A stretch of 64,000 bases of DNA from assembly GCA_963851365.1 (NCBI GenBank), contig CAWKPA010000001.1, forward strand, positions 167,013 to 231,012, in the 5' to 3' direction. The notes below the pieces were generated by a model that saw only the letters and a list, made by a program, of their open reading frames with translations, was not told where the DNA came from and made no database searches. A program made the translations under genes and the position numbers. Source of the stretch: an uncultured delta proteobacterium (GTDB taxonomy: Bacteria; Desulfobacterota; Binatia; DP-6). How positions within the stretch are numbered: the stretch's first letter is position 1; each line of letters opens with the position of its first letter. This document shows, piece by piece, positions 12,502-22,683 of this stretch.

Positions 12502-13115
12502 TAGAGCAGGTTCGGCAGGACACGCAGCGCCCAGCCGGCGTCGACCCCGGCCAGGACCAGCACGTCGGCGGCGGCCCACAGCGCGTAGTATGCGGCGACG
12601 TAGAACGCCGTCGCGCGCAGGAAGCCCGTCGCGGGCGAGCGAGCCGGCGGGAGCTTGCGGAGCGCCCACCATAACGCGAGCGCGGTGAAGGCGACCTCGT
12701 AGACGAGCCACAGCACCTGCTCCGGCAGCGGACCCACCGTGGCGTCGAGCAGACGGAAGAGCGGCCACGCGATCGCCGGCACGACGAGTGTCCACGCCGC
12801 CGCTCGCGCCAGCGTCCGCAAGAGTGCCCGCTCGGGCGCCAGCACGCCGAGCCAGAGCGCAAAGACCCGGAAGTCGCCGAGCAGCACGAAGGGCAGCATC
12901 GGCGCGCCGGCCAGGCCGATGGCGATCGGGTCGAGCATGGTCTCGAGTGCGAACACCGTCGCCCACGCGCGCACGAAGCGCGCCGCCCGCGGATCTGCAC
13001 CAGCCGTGCGCTCGCGCAGCCAGGGGCGCACCGCGAGGAAGAGCGCGGGCACCACGAGCAGAGCCCACAGTCCTTGCAGGTTGCTCCGGTAGAAGATCTC
13101 GAACGGTCCGGGCAT
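12414..13115 (-). CDS. Integral membrane hypothetical protein
   Basis: About 6-7 hydrophobic segments; overlaps the convergent gene by 88 bp. Confidence 0.65.
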   Translation of the reverse strand: MPGPFEIFYRSNLQGLWALLVVPALFLAVRPWLRERTAGADPRAARFVRAWATVFALETMLDPIAIGLAGAPMLPFVLLGDFRVFALWLGVLAPERALLRTLARAAAWTLVVPAIAWPLFRLLDATVGPLPEQVLWLVYEVAFTALALWWALRKLPPARSPATGFLRATAFYVAAYYALWAAADVLVLAGVDAGWALRVLPNLLYYSFWVPVVWWLFFSPRYAASSNAVQTRR

Positions 13116-13224
13116 GCGCGCGCCGACAGATGCGCCCCACCTACCCGGGAAGCGGCGCGCGTCGCAAGCCGCGGCGCGTGCGCCGCGATCGCCACGAGAC
13201 CGGGTTTGCGATAGCATCAGCTAC

Positions 13225-15120
13225 GTGGATCCCAATTCGAGCCTGCTGACCGACCAGGATCTCCACCTCTTCAACGAAGGAACGCACGTCCGCCTGTGGG
13301 AAAAACTCGGCGCCCACGCGATCGAGGGCGGTGTCCACTTCGCCGTCTGGGCGCCCAACGCCGAGCAGGTGACCGTGATCGGCGATTGGAACCACTGGAA
13401 CCCGTCGTCGCATCCGCTGCGGCACCGTGGCAGCTCCGGCATCTGGGAGGGCGTCGTTCCCGGCATCGGTCGGGGCGAGCGGTACAAGTACCACATCGTC
13501 TCGCGCTACCAGGGCTATCGCATCGACAAGGCCGACCCGATGGGATTCCTCCACGAAGCGCCGCCCCTGACCGCGTCGCGTGTGTGGTCGCTGGACTACG
13601 CGTGGCGGGACGACGAGTGGATCGCGGCGCGGGGACGTCGCAACGCGCACGAGGCGCCGATGTCGGTCTATGAGGTGCATCTGGGCTCGTGGCGGCGCAG
13701 TCCCGAGACGCCGCACCTGCCGCTCGGGTACCGCGAGCTCGCCGTGCCCCTCGCCGAGTACGCCCGCGACCTCGGCTTTACGCACGTGGAGCTGCTGCCC
13801 GTGATGGAGCATCCGTTCTACGGCTCGTGGGGATACCAGCTCACCGGGTACTTCGCGCCGACGGCCCGCTACGGCACGCCACAGGACTTCATGTACCTGG
13901 TCGACACGCTCCACCAACACGGCGTCGGCGTCATCCTGGATTGGGTCCCGTCGCACTTCCCCACCGACGCCCACGGCCTCGGCTATTTCGACGGCACCCA
14001 CCTCTACGAGCACGGCGACCCGCGCCAGGGGTTCCATCCCGACTGGCAGAGCTTCATTTTCAACTACGGGCGCGACGAGGTGCGCAGCTTCCTCCTCTCG
14101 AACGCGCTCTTCTGGCTGGAGCGCTATCACGTCGATGGGCTCCGCGTGGACGCCGTCGCGTCCATGCTCTATCTCGACTACTCGCGCCAGGAGGGCGAGT
14201 GGATTCCGAATCGCTACGGCGGGCGCGAAAACCTGGAGGCCATCGACTTTCTCCGGCGCTTCAACGAGCGGGTCTACGAGTACCACCACGGGGTGCACAC
14301 CACCGCCGAGGAATCGACCGCCTGGCCGGCGGTGTCGCGCCCCACGTACCTGGGCGGCCTCGGGTTCGGCTTCAAGTGGGACATGGGATGGATGCACGAC
14401 ACGCTGGACTACATGGCGCGCGACGCGGTGCACCGGACCTATCATCACAACGCTCTCACGTTCCGCGGCCTCTACGCGAATGCCGAAAACTTCGTGCTGC
14501 CGCTGTCGCACGACGAGGTCGTCCACGGGAAGGGTTCGCTCATCCGCAAGATGTCGGGCGACCGCTGGCAGCAGTTCGCCAATCTGCGCCTGCTCTACGG
14601 CTACATGTGGACGTTGGCGGCGAAGAAGCTGCTGTTCATGGGCGGCGAGCTGGCCCAGGACCGCGAGTGGAACCACGACACGAGTCTCGACTGGCACCTG
14701 CTCGAGTACGCGCCGCACGCCGGGGTCCAGCACTGGGTGCGCGACCTGAACGCCGCCTACCGCGACACGCCGGCACTCCACGAGCTCGACTGCCATCCCG
14801 ACGGGTTCGCCTGGATCGACTGCAGCGACTTCCAGCAGAGCACGCTCGCCTATCTGCGGCGCGGCCACGCGCCCGCCCCGCTGGTGATCGCGGCGTGCAA
14901 CTTCACGCCGGTGCCGCGCCATGCCTTCCGCGTGGGAGCGCCGCTGCCCGGCCGGTGGCGGGAATTGCTCAACAGCGACGCGGAGGTCTACGGAGGCAGC
15001 GGACAGGGAAACTTCGGCGGCGTTGTGACGGAGCCGGTGTCCTGGCACGGGCAGGACCAGTCGTTGGTCATCACGCTCCCCCCGCTCGCCATCGTCGTGT
15101 TCGCCGGTCCGACCGCCTGA
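13225..15120 (+). CDS. glgB: 1,4-alpha-glucan branching enzyme
   Basis: [33 protein letters not shown] and [12 protein letters not shown]. Confidence 0.96.
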   Translation: MDPNSSLLTDQDLHLFNEGTHVRLWEKLGAHAIEGGVHFAVWAPNAEQVTVIGDWNHWNPSSHPLRHRGSSGIWEGVVPGIGRGERYKYHIVSRYQGYRIDKADPMGFLHEAPPLTASRVWSLDYAWRDDEWIAARGRRNAHEAPMSVYEVHLGSWRRSPETPHLPLGYRELAVPLAEYARDLGFTHVELLPVMEHPFYGSWGYQLTGYFAPTARYGTPQDFMYLVDTLHQHGVGVILDWVPSHFPTDAHGLGYFDGTHLYEHGDPRQGFHPDWQSFIFNYGRDEVRSFLLSNALFWLERYHVDGLRVDAVASMLYLDYSRQEGEWIPNRYGGRENLEAIDFLRRFNERVYEYHHGVHTTAEESTAWPAVSRPTYLGGLGFGFKWDMGWMHDTLDYMARDAVHRTYHHNALTFRGLYANAENFVLPLSHDEVVHGKGSLIRKMSGDRWQQFANLRLLYGYMWTLAAKKLLFMGGELAQDREWNHDTSLDWHLLEYAPHAGVQHWVRDLNAAYRDTPALHELDCHPDGFAWIDCSDFQQSTLAYLRRGHAPAPLVIAACNFTPVPRHAFRVGAPLPGRWRELLNSDAEVYGGSGQGNFGGVVTEPVSWHGQDQSLVITLPPLAIVVFAGPTA

Positions 15121-15144
15121 CGCCGTCCCGGCGCGGGCGGGGCC

Positions 15145-15450
15145 TCACGGGCAGGTCGCGCAGCAGGCCGGGACGCCGCCCAACCCCGCGCACACCTGGC
15201 CGGCCGGGCAGTCGGCGTCGGTGGCGCAGCCGGTCTGCACGCAGCGGCCCCCGTCGACGCACACCCGCGGGGGCGGGCTGCCGTCGAAGTGCTCGAGGCA
15301 CTGCCCTACCGGTCCGCAGGAGCCGCACGTACCGCCAAGGGTCGAACATGCCGGAGTCTTCGCCGCGGGGGTCCCGCCAGACTTGGCGGGCGCGTCGGCG
15401 TGCGCCGGACCAGCCAGCGCGAGGGCGACGAGCAGCAGGGCGATCCGCAC
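15145..15450 (-). CDS. Small secreted 12-Cys protein
   Basis: Signal peptide VRIALLLVALALAGPAHA; 12 Cys in the mature part, including CATDADCPAGQVC. Confidence 0.7.
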   Translation of the reverse strand: MRIALLLVALALAGPAHADAPAKSGGTPAAKTPACSTLGGTCGSCGPVGQCLEHFDGSPPPRVCVDGGRCVQTGCATDADCPAGQVCAGLGGVPACCATCP

Positions 15451-15559
15451 GGCCCCCCCTATACCGCCCGGGATCGCCAGTGGCGACCCCGCCTTGCCGG
15501 CGGGCCCGCCGGGCCCGGCACGGCGAAACCCGCCACCGCCATGCCGCATCTGACCCCGC

Positions 15560-17116
15560 GTGCAGGCACACGGCCACACGATCTTCTCGATCGTCGCGCT
15601 GGCGGCAGCGGCGACGGCGTGTCACTGGGCCGTGCGCCGAGCCGGACGGCGGCTGCCGTTGGCGCTCACCCGCCGCCGGATCGACCCGCGCGCGGCGCAT
15701 CCCGACCCGTCCCAACAGCACGTCGCCGACCTCCTCGTCCCACCGACGATCATCGTCATCTGGGGGGCGGCCCTCTGGGCCGCGACACGCGTGTCCCCGG
15801 CGCTGGACACCGCGGGGGGCGAGGCGGTGCACGCGGCCCAGGCCGCGGTCACGGCGCCGCTCTTCGCGGTCGACGGCCGGAGCTATGCTGCCCTGGACCT
15901 GGTCGCGATTCCGATCCTGCTGGGACTGCTCTGGTGGATCGTCGGCGTCGCGGCCCGCGCCGCGCAATCGCGGTTGCCGGGCTCCTTCGGGCTCGAACGG
16001 GGGGCGCAGCAGACCTTCGCCACGCTGGGACGGCTGGTCCTCACCGCCGTCGGCGCCTTGATCCTGCTCCAGGCATGGGGCTTCGACGTGCGCGGGCTCG
16101 CGATCGCGGCGAGCGTGCTCGGCGTCGGCATCGGGTTCGGGCTGCAACACCTCGCCAACAACCTGGTGAGTGGACTGGTGATCGGCCTCGAGCGTCCCGT
16201 GAAACCCGGGGACTACATCAGCGTGGGGGCGCTGCAGGGCACCGTCGAACGCATCGGTGCGCGGAGCGTCGAGCTCGTCACCCGCGACCGCGTGTCCATC
16301 CTCATCCCGAACGCGCGCCTGCTCGAGCAGGAGATCGTCAACTGGAGCCACGGGGACCCGACGTGTCGCGTCCACGTGCCCATTGGCGTCGCCTACGGGT
16401 CGGATGTCCAGGCCGTGCGCGCCGCCCTCCTCGACGCGGCGAGTCGGCATCCCAGGGTGCTCGCCGACCCGCGGCCCTCGGTGGAATTCCGCGCATTCGG
16501 CGACAGCGCGCTCTTGTTCGAGCTCGAGGTCTGGACCCGCGATCCCCGGACACAGCACGACCTCGTCAGCGACCTGAACTACCGCATCGACGGCGCGCTT
16601 CGCCGCCACGGCGTGTCGGTTCCGTTTCCCCAACGGGACATCCACCTCCGTACGCCCGACCTCGCGGCGGTCGCGCTCGCCTTCGCTCGCCACCACGTGG
16701 GCGACGACGCGCTGGCAGCGGCCCATGCCATGCTGGGCACCGGGCGGGCGCCGCGGTCCAACGGCGCGGACGACGAGGCGGTTCCGGAGCCACCGTGCCG
16801 GACGTGGGACGCCGCGGCCGTGGCCCGGCTGGTCGCGCGGCTCCGCAGCCGCGACGGACTCGCCATCGCCAACCGCCGCCATCGCCTCACGACGTACGAG
16901 CGCTGCTTCGTCGGCAGGGAGGCCGTCGACTGGCTCGTCCGGCAGGAGGCCCTCACGCGCGACGAAGCGGTCGCCGTGGGGCAACTCCTGGTCACCCGAG
17001 GCGTGATCCACCACGTGCTCGACGAACATCCGTTCCGCGACGCCGACCTGTTCTATCGGTTCGCCTGCGACGAACCCGCGCGATCAGATGCCGCCGGGGC
17101 CGCGCCCAGCCCCTGA
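15560..17116 (+). CDS. MscS mechanosensitive channel with C-terminal DEP domain
   Basis: GVGIGFGLQ..NLVSG, ERPVKPGD and FPQRDIH; C-terminal CFVGREAVDWL..EAVAVGQLL..IHHV..FYRF. Confidence 0.88.
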   Translation: MQAHGHTIFSIVALAAAATACHWAVRRAGRRLPLALTRRRIDPRAAHPDPSQQHVADLLVPPTIIVIWGAALWAATRVSPALDTAGGEAVHAAQAAVTAPLFAVDGRSYAALDLVAIPILLGLLWWIVGVAARAAQSRLPGSFGLERGAQQTFATLGRLVLTAVGALILLQAWGFDVRGLAIAASVLGVGIGFGLQHLANNLVSGLVIGLERPVKPGDYISVGALQGTVERIGARSVELVTRDRVSILIPNARLLEQEIVNWSHGDPTCRVHVPIGVAYGSDVQAVRAALLDAASRHPRVLADPRPSVEFRAFGDSALLFELEVWTRDPRTQHDLVSDLNYRIDGALRRHGVSVPFPQRDIHLRTPDLAAVALAFARHHVGDDALAAAHAMLGTGRAPRSNGADDEAVPEPPCRTWDAAAVARLVARLRSRDGLAIANRRHRLTTYERCFVGREAVDWLVRQEALTRDEAVAVGQLLVTRGVIHHVLDEHPFRDADLFYRFACDEPARSDAAGAAPSP

Positions 17117-17223
17117 TCGGGGGGCGGCGCCGCATCTTCGCAACGGAGCGGATTCCGCCAGTCCGGCTTGCCAACCGTGAGAGAAGGGCCGGGGCGCAGG
17201 CGGCACAGCGTCCCTTCGGGGCT

Positions 17224-17238
17224 TGGCTCGCCCCTTGC
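17224..17238 (+). promoter_or_regulatory. Sigma-54 (-24/-12) promoter
   Basis: TGGCTCG-CCCC-TTGC has GG-N10-GC spacing and lies 13 nt upstream of ATG 17252. Confidence 0.6.
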
Positions 17239-17251
17239 TCCGCCTGCGGAC

Positions 17252-17488
17252 ATGGACGAGCAACCCAGGAGAGCGCTGGAGGAGGCCGTCGCCAGGCTCG
17301 ACGAGGCGGCATATCGGATCGAGGAGGTGCGGACGCAATCGCCGACCGTCCCCACGCTCCACGAATGGATGTCGGCGCTCACCGAGTACTCGCTCGCCCT
17401 GTCAGACATCCAGCGCCTGCACGCGGAGTCGATCGGGGAGCAGCTACGCGCCATCGCCGAACGCCTGGGACTCGCCGGCGGGCAGTGA
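17252..17488 (+). CDS. Small helical hypothetical protein (78 aa)
   Basis: Protein-like amphipathic ORF downstream of the sigma-54 motif. Confidence 0.65.
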   Translation: MDEQPRRALEEAVARLDEAAYRIEEVRTQSPTVPTLHEWMSALTEYSLALSDIQRLHAESIGEQLRAIAERLGLAGGQ

Positions 17489-17491
17489 GCA

Positions 17492-17514
17492 CGCCCTCCG
17501 CGCGCCGGAGGGCG
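17492..17514. terminator. GC hairpin between convergent genes
   Basis: CGCCCTCCG-N5-CGGAGGGCG; no U tract. Confidence 0.4.
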
Positions 17515-17531
17515 CGCTCCCGCGCGCGGCT

Positions 17532-17801
17532 TCAGGCCTTCTCGGAGGCGGCTTCCTTGATCCGCTCGTAGCCCTTCTTGAGCGCTGCCACCAACGACTC
17601 CATGGCGGAGCCGAGTTCCTTGGCCGACTCGCCAGCAGCCTCCTTCACCGGATGCATCTGGCTGCCCAGCTCGTCCCACTTCTTCTCGAGGTCGTTCCAC
17701 TGGTCCTTCAGCTCGGACTTCAAGAGGTGGGCTTTCAGCTTGAGCTCGTCGCGCAACTGACCGAGGTCCTTGACGTCACTCATCCATCGCTGCTCGCTCA
17801 T
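17532..17801 (-). CDS. Small coiled-coil hypothetical protein
   Basis: LRDELKLKAHL..ELKDQWNDLEKKW; SD GGAGG upstream. Confidence 0.8.
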   Translation of the reverse strand: MSEQRWMSDVKDLGQLRDELKLKAHLLKSELKDQWNDLEKKWDELGSQMHPVKEAAGESAKELGSAMESLVAALKKGYERIKEAASEKA

Positions 17802-17910
17802 CGCAGTAGCCTCCCGACCGCCGACCTAACACCGTGCGTCGTGCAGTCAACCCCGCATCGCACCGCCGGCGCGGCCCGGCGCCCCCGCCGCCCCGGCGCC
17901 GGCGCCACGC

Positions 17911-17968
17911 TTGACGGCGCCCACGCCCCCGTTCATGGTCGCCCGCGATCACGGGACTTCTAAGGAGG
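17911..17968 (+). promoter_or_regulatory. Sigma-70-like promoter and RBS for hpnR
   Basis: TTGACG-N17-CATGGT followed by TAAGGAGG. Confidence 0.5.
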
Positions 17969-17978
17969 TTGCGCCGGC

Positions 17979-19523
17979 ATGAAGCTTCTTGCCGTTCACC
18001 CGAGTAGCCTGATGTATTCGCGGATCTACCTCCGCCTCGAGCCGCTCGGACTCGAGCTGGTGGCGGCCGCGGCGCGAAAGGCGGGCCACGACGTCCGTCT
18101 GATCGACCTGCAGAGCGAGACACAAGACGACTACGTCCGCCTGCTCGACGAGTGGCGGCCCGACGCGGTGTGCTTCTCCGGCAACTACCTGGCCAACGTC
18201 CCGGAGATCGTCGATCTGGCCAAGCTGACGCACGAGCGGTTGCCGGCCACCTTCGTGTTCGTCGGCGGCCACAGCGCGTCCTTCACCGCGCGCGAATTGC
18301 TCGAGCACGCCGAGGGAGCGCTCGGCTGCGTGCTGCGCGGCGAGGGCGAGCCGGCGATCGCCCCGCTGCTCGACGCCGTGAAGCACGATCGCGGCGCCAT
18401 CGGAAAGGTTCCCGGGGCCATCACCCTGGACGGCGAGGGCCCGCCGCCGCTGTTCGTGCATCACCTGGACGACCTCAGGCCGGCGCGGGACCTCCTGCGC
18501 CACCGCCGCCGCTACTACATCGGTCAGCTCGACCCCGCCGCCTCGATCGAGTTCAGCCGAGGGTGCCCGTGGGACTGCACGTTCTGCAGCGCGTGGACGT
18601 TCTACGGCCGGAGCTACCGCGTGAAGAGCCCCGAGTGCGCCGTCGAGGAGGTGGCGTCGATCCGCGAGCCCGGGCTGTTCATCCTGGACGACGTCGCGTT
18701 CATCCAGGCCGAGCACGGCATGGCCATCGGCGAGGCGATCGCCCGCCGCGGCATCCAGAAGCGGTACTGGCTCGAGACCCGCGCCGACGTGCTGCTGCGC
18801 AACAAGGAGGTCTTCCGGCTCTGGGCCCGGCTCGGGCTCAAGACCATGTTCATCGGCCTGGAGGCGCTCGACGAGGAGGGGCTCCTGAAGTTCCGCAAGC
18901 GCGTCACGGCGCCCAAGAACTTCGAGGCGCTCGAATTCGCGCGGACGCTCGGTGTGAATGTCGCCATCAACATCATCGCCGATCCCGACTGGGACCGCGA
19001 GCGGTTCCGCGTCATCCGCGAGTGGTGCGCAGAGATGCCCGAAGTGGTGAACGTGAGCGTCAACACGCCCTACCCCGGCACCGAAACCTGGTTCACCGAG
19101 TCACGCCGCATCACGTCGCGCGACTATCGGCTGTTCGACATCCAGCACGCCGTGCTCCCCACCAAGTTGCCGCTGCACGAGTTCTACGAGGAACTGGTGG
19201 CGACGCAGCAGGTGCTGGCCCGCAAGCATCTGGGCGCCCGACAGATCTGGGGCGCCGCCCGCAACGTGGCGCGGCTACTGGCCAAAGGGCAGACGAACTT
19301 CCTCCGCATGCTGTTCAAGTTCAACAGCGTGTACGATCCGAAGCTCCAGATGGCCGACCACGCCCAGCCGGTGCGCTACGAGATGCCGCTGCCGCCGGCG
19401 CCCAAGGAGAAGGTCGCCGCCGAAACGCTCTACATCCATCCGGGCCGCGGCCGCCGCGGCCGAGAGCTCGACACGGCGACCGAGCAGTTCGTCGAGGAGA
19501 CCCGGATGGGCGAGGCGATCTGA
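17979..19523 (+). CDS. hpnR: Hopanoid C-3 methylase (B12-dependent radical SAM)
   Basis: N-terminus MKLLAVHPSSLMYSRIYLRLEPLGLE; SRGCPWDCTFC; NTPYPGTETW; LFDIQHAVLPT; C-terminal FVEETR. Confidence 0.9.
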   Translation: MKLLAVHPSSLMYSRIYLRLEPLGLELVAAAARKAGHDVRLIDLQSETQDDYVRLLDEWRPDAVCFSGNYLANVPEIVDLAKLTHERLPATFVFVGGHSASFTARELLEHAEGALGCVLRGEGEPAIAPLLDAVKHDRGAIGKVPGAITLDGEGPPPLFVHHLDDLRPARDLLRHRRRYYIGQLDPAASIEFSRGCPWDCTFCSAWTFYGRSYRVKSPECAVEEVASIREPGLFILDDVAFIQAEHGMAIGEAIARRGIQKRYWLETRADVLLRNKEVFRLWARLGLKTMFIGLEALDEEGLLKFRKRVTAPKNFEALEFARTLGVNVAINIIADPDWDRERFRVIREWCAEMPEVVNVSVNTPYPGTETWFTESRRITSRDYRLFDIQHAVLPTKLPLHEFYEELVATQQVLARKHLGARQIWGAARNVARLLAKGQTNFLRMLFKFNSVYDPKLQMADHAQPVRYEMPLPPAPKEKVAAETLYIHPGRGRRGRELDTATEQFVEETRMGEAI

Positions 19524-19532
19524 GGGATCGCC

Positions 19533-19952
19533 TCAGGGCGTCATCGGCATGACGTCGCCCACGAACACCGCCTCGACGACGCTGCCGTCGTCGCGCTTGT
19601 AGTCCGTGTGGTCATTGCCGTTCAGCGTCACGCGGATCTCGTGCCGCCCCGGGGTCAGGCCGCCCACGTAATGCCAGGGGCCGTAGATGCGGGTGGTCTT
19701 CTTGCCGTCCACCCAGAGGTGCGCGTGCCCCTTGCCGGCCCGGTGCTTGGCGTCGGCCTGTTTCGGGGTGAAGCGGAACTTCCTGGTCTTCAGGTGCAGC
19801 GTGAAGCCCATCCCCGACGGCGTGGCGTCCAGCGTGACGCTCATGCCCTTGGGCGCTTCGTGGTGATCGCCGGTCTCCTCGTGGGCGAGCGCCGGAGCGC
19901 CGGTCAGCGCGACGGCGAGGGCGAGGGTGGTGAGGGAACGCATCCGCATCAT
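19533..19952 (-). CDS. Secreted His-rich hypothetical protein (possible metal binding)
   Basis: Signal peptide, then HEETGDHH, GHAHLWVDG and LNGNDH. Confidence 0.7.
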   Translation of the reverse strand: MMRMRSLTTLALAVALTGAPALAHEETGDHHEAPKGMSVTLDATPSGMGFTLHLKTRKFRFTPKQADAKHRAGKGHAHLWVDGKKTTRIYGPWHYVGGLTPGRHEIRVTLNGNDHTDYKRDDGSVVEAVFVGDVMPMTP

Positions 19953-20008
19953 GGGCGGAACACATACCCGCCCCACGCCCGGACCGACATGCGGCATGGT
20001 GTCGCAGC

Positions 20009-20761
20009 TCAGGGCCCCCCGGCGGGCGCGGCCGGCCGGCACGTACCGGGACCGGCTATCGCGATGCCGTCGGCGCGGAGCGACGCCTCGCAGGCGTCGA
20101 CCGTCCCGCGCGCCGCCGCCAGCTCGCGCATGGTCGCGCCCGCGACGTCGCCGAGGAGGCTCCAGGCGGCCGATGCGTTGCAGCACACCTCCACCCGGCG
20201 GCGGTCGACTTCCGCGGCGAGGCCCGCGGGAACCTCGGGACCGCCGAGCCCGCGGCGGATCGCCGTCAGCTCGGCGAACGGCGCGCGGTACCCCTGCGCC
20301 ACCGCCAGCAACTCGCCCCGATCCGCCGCCGGCAACGTGCCCCCGGCTGCGGCATCGCGCCGCTGGCGGATCGCCGCCTGGCGGCGCGTCAGCGCGTCCT
20401 GCGCCGCCATCGGTGCGGCGACGCGGATCAGCGCGCAGTCGCGCACCGGCCGCTTCGCAGGCGGCAGCGCAGCGCACGCCGCTTCGCCCTCGACGGCGAT
20501 CGGCCCGACCAGCGCGGCGCCGGCGTCGCCCGCCTGCCACGCCGCCACCGCGCCGACTCGATAGAACGAGGGTGCCAGGCCGGGGCAGTCGCCGGCGCCC
20601 CGCCGTGCCTCGGCCGCCACCGCCGCCAGCCGTCCGTCGGCGGACGGTCCCGCGGCAATGTAGGTGCGGAGCTGGCCGTCGAGCGCGCCAAGGCGGCGGG
20701 CACAGCACCCGCTGGCGACGAACGCGAGCGCCACGAGGAACGCGACAGTAGATCTCGTCAT
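20009..20761 (-). CDS. Hypothetical lipoprotein
   Basis: Lipobox-like VASGC; ATGA-coupled to the upstream gene. Confidence 0.6.
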   Translation of the reverse strand: MTRSTVAFLVALAFVASGCCARRLGALDGQLRTYIAAGPSADGRLAAVAAEARRGAGDCPGLAPSFYRVGAVAAWQAGDAGAALVGPIAVEGEAACAALPPAKRPVRDCALIRVAAPMAAQDALTRRQAAIRQRRDAAAGGTLPAADRGELLAVAQGYRAPFAELTAIRRGLGGPEVPAGLAAEVDRRRVEVCCNASAAWSLLGDVAGATMRELAAARGTVDACEASLRADGIAIAGPGTCRPAAPAGGP

Positions 20762-22551
20762 GCGAGCGGCCTCCCTGCGAGTAGTTCGTCGAGCGACGCC
20801 ACCGACAACGCACCGGGTGGCGCGCCCCGCAGCGCGCCGGGCAGCAGTGCGCGGAAGCCATGGAGCCACTCCCGGCTACCGTACCGTGCGGGGTCGCTGC
20901 CGACGATCTCGTTCAACCGTGCCGCCAGCCCGGCGACGGCCGCCGCCGGCGCGGCGCCGGGCGGGGTTCGGAGCGCGACCAGGACGGCTTCCCGCAGCGT
21001 GGTGCCGAACAGCACGCCCCCCGCATCGCGGCCGCGCGATGCGACACCGAGCAGCGCGACGACGATCGCAGCCGCGGGGCCCGTCTCGGTCGGCGAGGCC
21101 GACAACGGACACCACCGTCCCGGATTGGCCGCCGCCTCGTCCACGATCGCGCCCGCGACGGCCTGCCAGTCGTCCGGACCAAGGAGACCGTCCGCGTCCG
21201 CGGCGATGGCGGTGGCGATCGCCCGCATGATCGCATCCACCTCCGTGCGTCCGTCGGCGATCAGGCCAGGCGTGCTCGCGGCCCGGCGCAACACCACGTC
21301 GGCCAGCGGGATCAGCGCGTGCCGTACGACCGCGGGCGACGCGTCGAGCACCGGTCGCACGCCGTTCACGACCGAGGCGACCATCGTGCCGGCGGCACGC
21401 GGCCATGCCTCGGCGGCGGCGTCGGGGCGCGCCCCCGCCGCTCGCAGCGCGGCGACGGCGGCCGCCCCGAGCGCCGCGCCGCCATCGCCGGCGAAGGGCG
21501 GTGGCGCATCCACCAGCGCCTCCACGATGTCGCGGAACAACTCCGTCGCGACGCGCTCCGGCGGGTCACCCCGGGCAACGAACAACGCCGGGCGCGCCTC
21601 CGCAAGGTCGACGGCGGCGCGGTAGAGTGCGAGCAAGCCCGGCGTGTCGAGCGACGACCCGGGCGCCGGAGCGCCCGCCTGCTCGACCACCGCCCGCGCG
21701 AGCGCCCCCACGGCCGCCGCCATCCCCGCGCGGTCCGCCGCGACATCACCGACGTTTCGCGCCAGGGTCGCCACGGCCAGACGGGCCGCCGGACCCAGGA
21801 CCGCGTCGGTGGCCGATCGCCAGCGCGACTGCGCGACCAGGTCGCCCGCGACGTCGGGCGGCAGGCCCGCGACGAGCGGCACGAGCGTGCGCTCGACCAG
21901 CGCGCGCAGGTCGTCGGCGTCGACCAGCGCGTCGGTGCGTTCGCTCAGCGCATCCAGCCCGGCGCGCAAGAAGACGCCGGCCGCGCGCTCGGCCAACCGG
22001 CTGCGCGGACCGCCCGCGTCGGCGTCGTCGGGGATCAGGGCCGACAACCGCCCCGCCATCGCGCCGAGCAGCGCCTCGCCAGTGCCGCCGACCCCCAACA
22101 ACGAAGGCCGCGCACCGACGAACTCGAGCGCGACGTCGGCCAGGCTCGCGACGACACGGCCGACCGGCCCGACCGGCCCTCTGCCCTCCGCCCACTGCTG
22201 GATCATCGCCGCCCCGCCGACCTCGACCCGGCGGGTGGGTCCAAGCCCCACCGCGGCGTTGTCCTCCATGTCGAGCTGGACGGCACGCATCAGCAGCAAC
22301 TCGGCCGCGCCCGGCACGCCGGGGTCGGGCCCGGTGCCCTTCCAGAAGCGGGCGTAGGTGCCGCCGTCCTCGATCTCGGCCAGGTGCCGGCTGAAAATCT
22401 TGCGCAGGAACGCGACGTCCGTCGCGGGAGCGACCAGGCCCGACGGGAAGAGCGCCGGCTTGTCGCGCTGGTACTGCTCGTAGGCGTCCTGGCCCTCGCG
22501 CGCGATGCGCAAGAGGGCACGGATGCCGAGGACGACGATGGTGGGATCCAT
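20758..22551 (-). CDS. Large alpha-helical hypothetical protein
   Basis: Protein-like from MDPTIVVLGIRALL; SD GGAGG upstream. Confidence 0.65.
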   Translation of the reverse strand: MDPTIVVLGIRALLRIAREGQDAYEQYQRDKPALFPSGLVAPATDVAFLRKIFSRHLAEIEDGGTYARFWKGTGPDPGVPGAAELLLMRAVQLDMEDNAAVGLGPTRRVEVGGAAMIQQWAEGRGPVGPVGRVVASLADVALEFVGARPSLLGVGGTGEALLGAMAGRLSALIPDDADAGGPRSRLAERAAGVFLRAGLDALSERTDALVDADDLRALVERTLVPLVAGLPPDVAGDLVAQSRWRSATDAVLGPAARLAVATLARNVGDVAADRAGMAAAVGALARAVVEQAGAPAPGSSLDTPGLLALYRAAVDLAEARPALFVARGDPPERVATELFRDIVEALVDAPPPFAGDGGAALGAAAVAALRAAGARPDAAAEAWPRAAGTMVASVVNGVRPVLDASPAVVRHALIPLADVVLRRAASTPGLIADGRTEVDAIMRAIATAIAADADGLLGPDDWQAVAGAIVDEAAANPGRWCPLSASPTETGPAAAIVVALLGVASRGRDAGGVLFGTTLREAVLVALRTPPGAAPAAAVAGLAARLNEIVGSDPARYGSREWLHGFRALLPGALRGAPPGALSVASLDELLAGRPLA

Positions 22552-22683
22552 GCGGGCGACCTCCCGGCGGGCGAGCGGTGCTAACACTCTTCCGCGCCGA
22601 CCCGCAACACGCACGTCGGAAGCCCACATCCCGTCCCGTCGCCTTGTCGAGCCCGCAAGCGGCCGATATGGCTTGGGCCGCCC

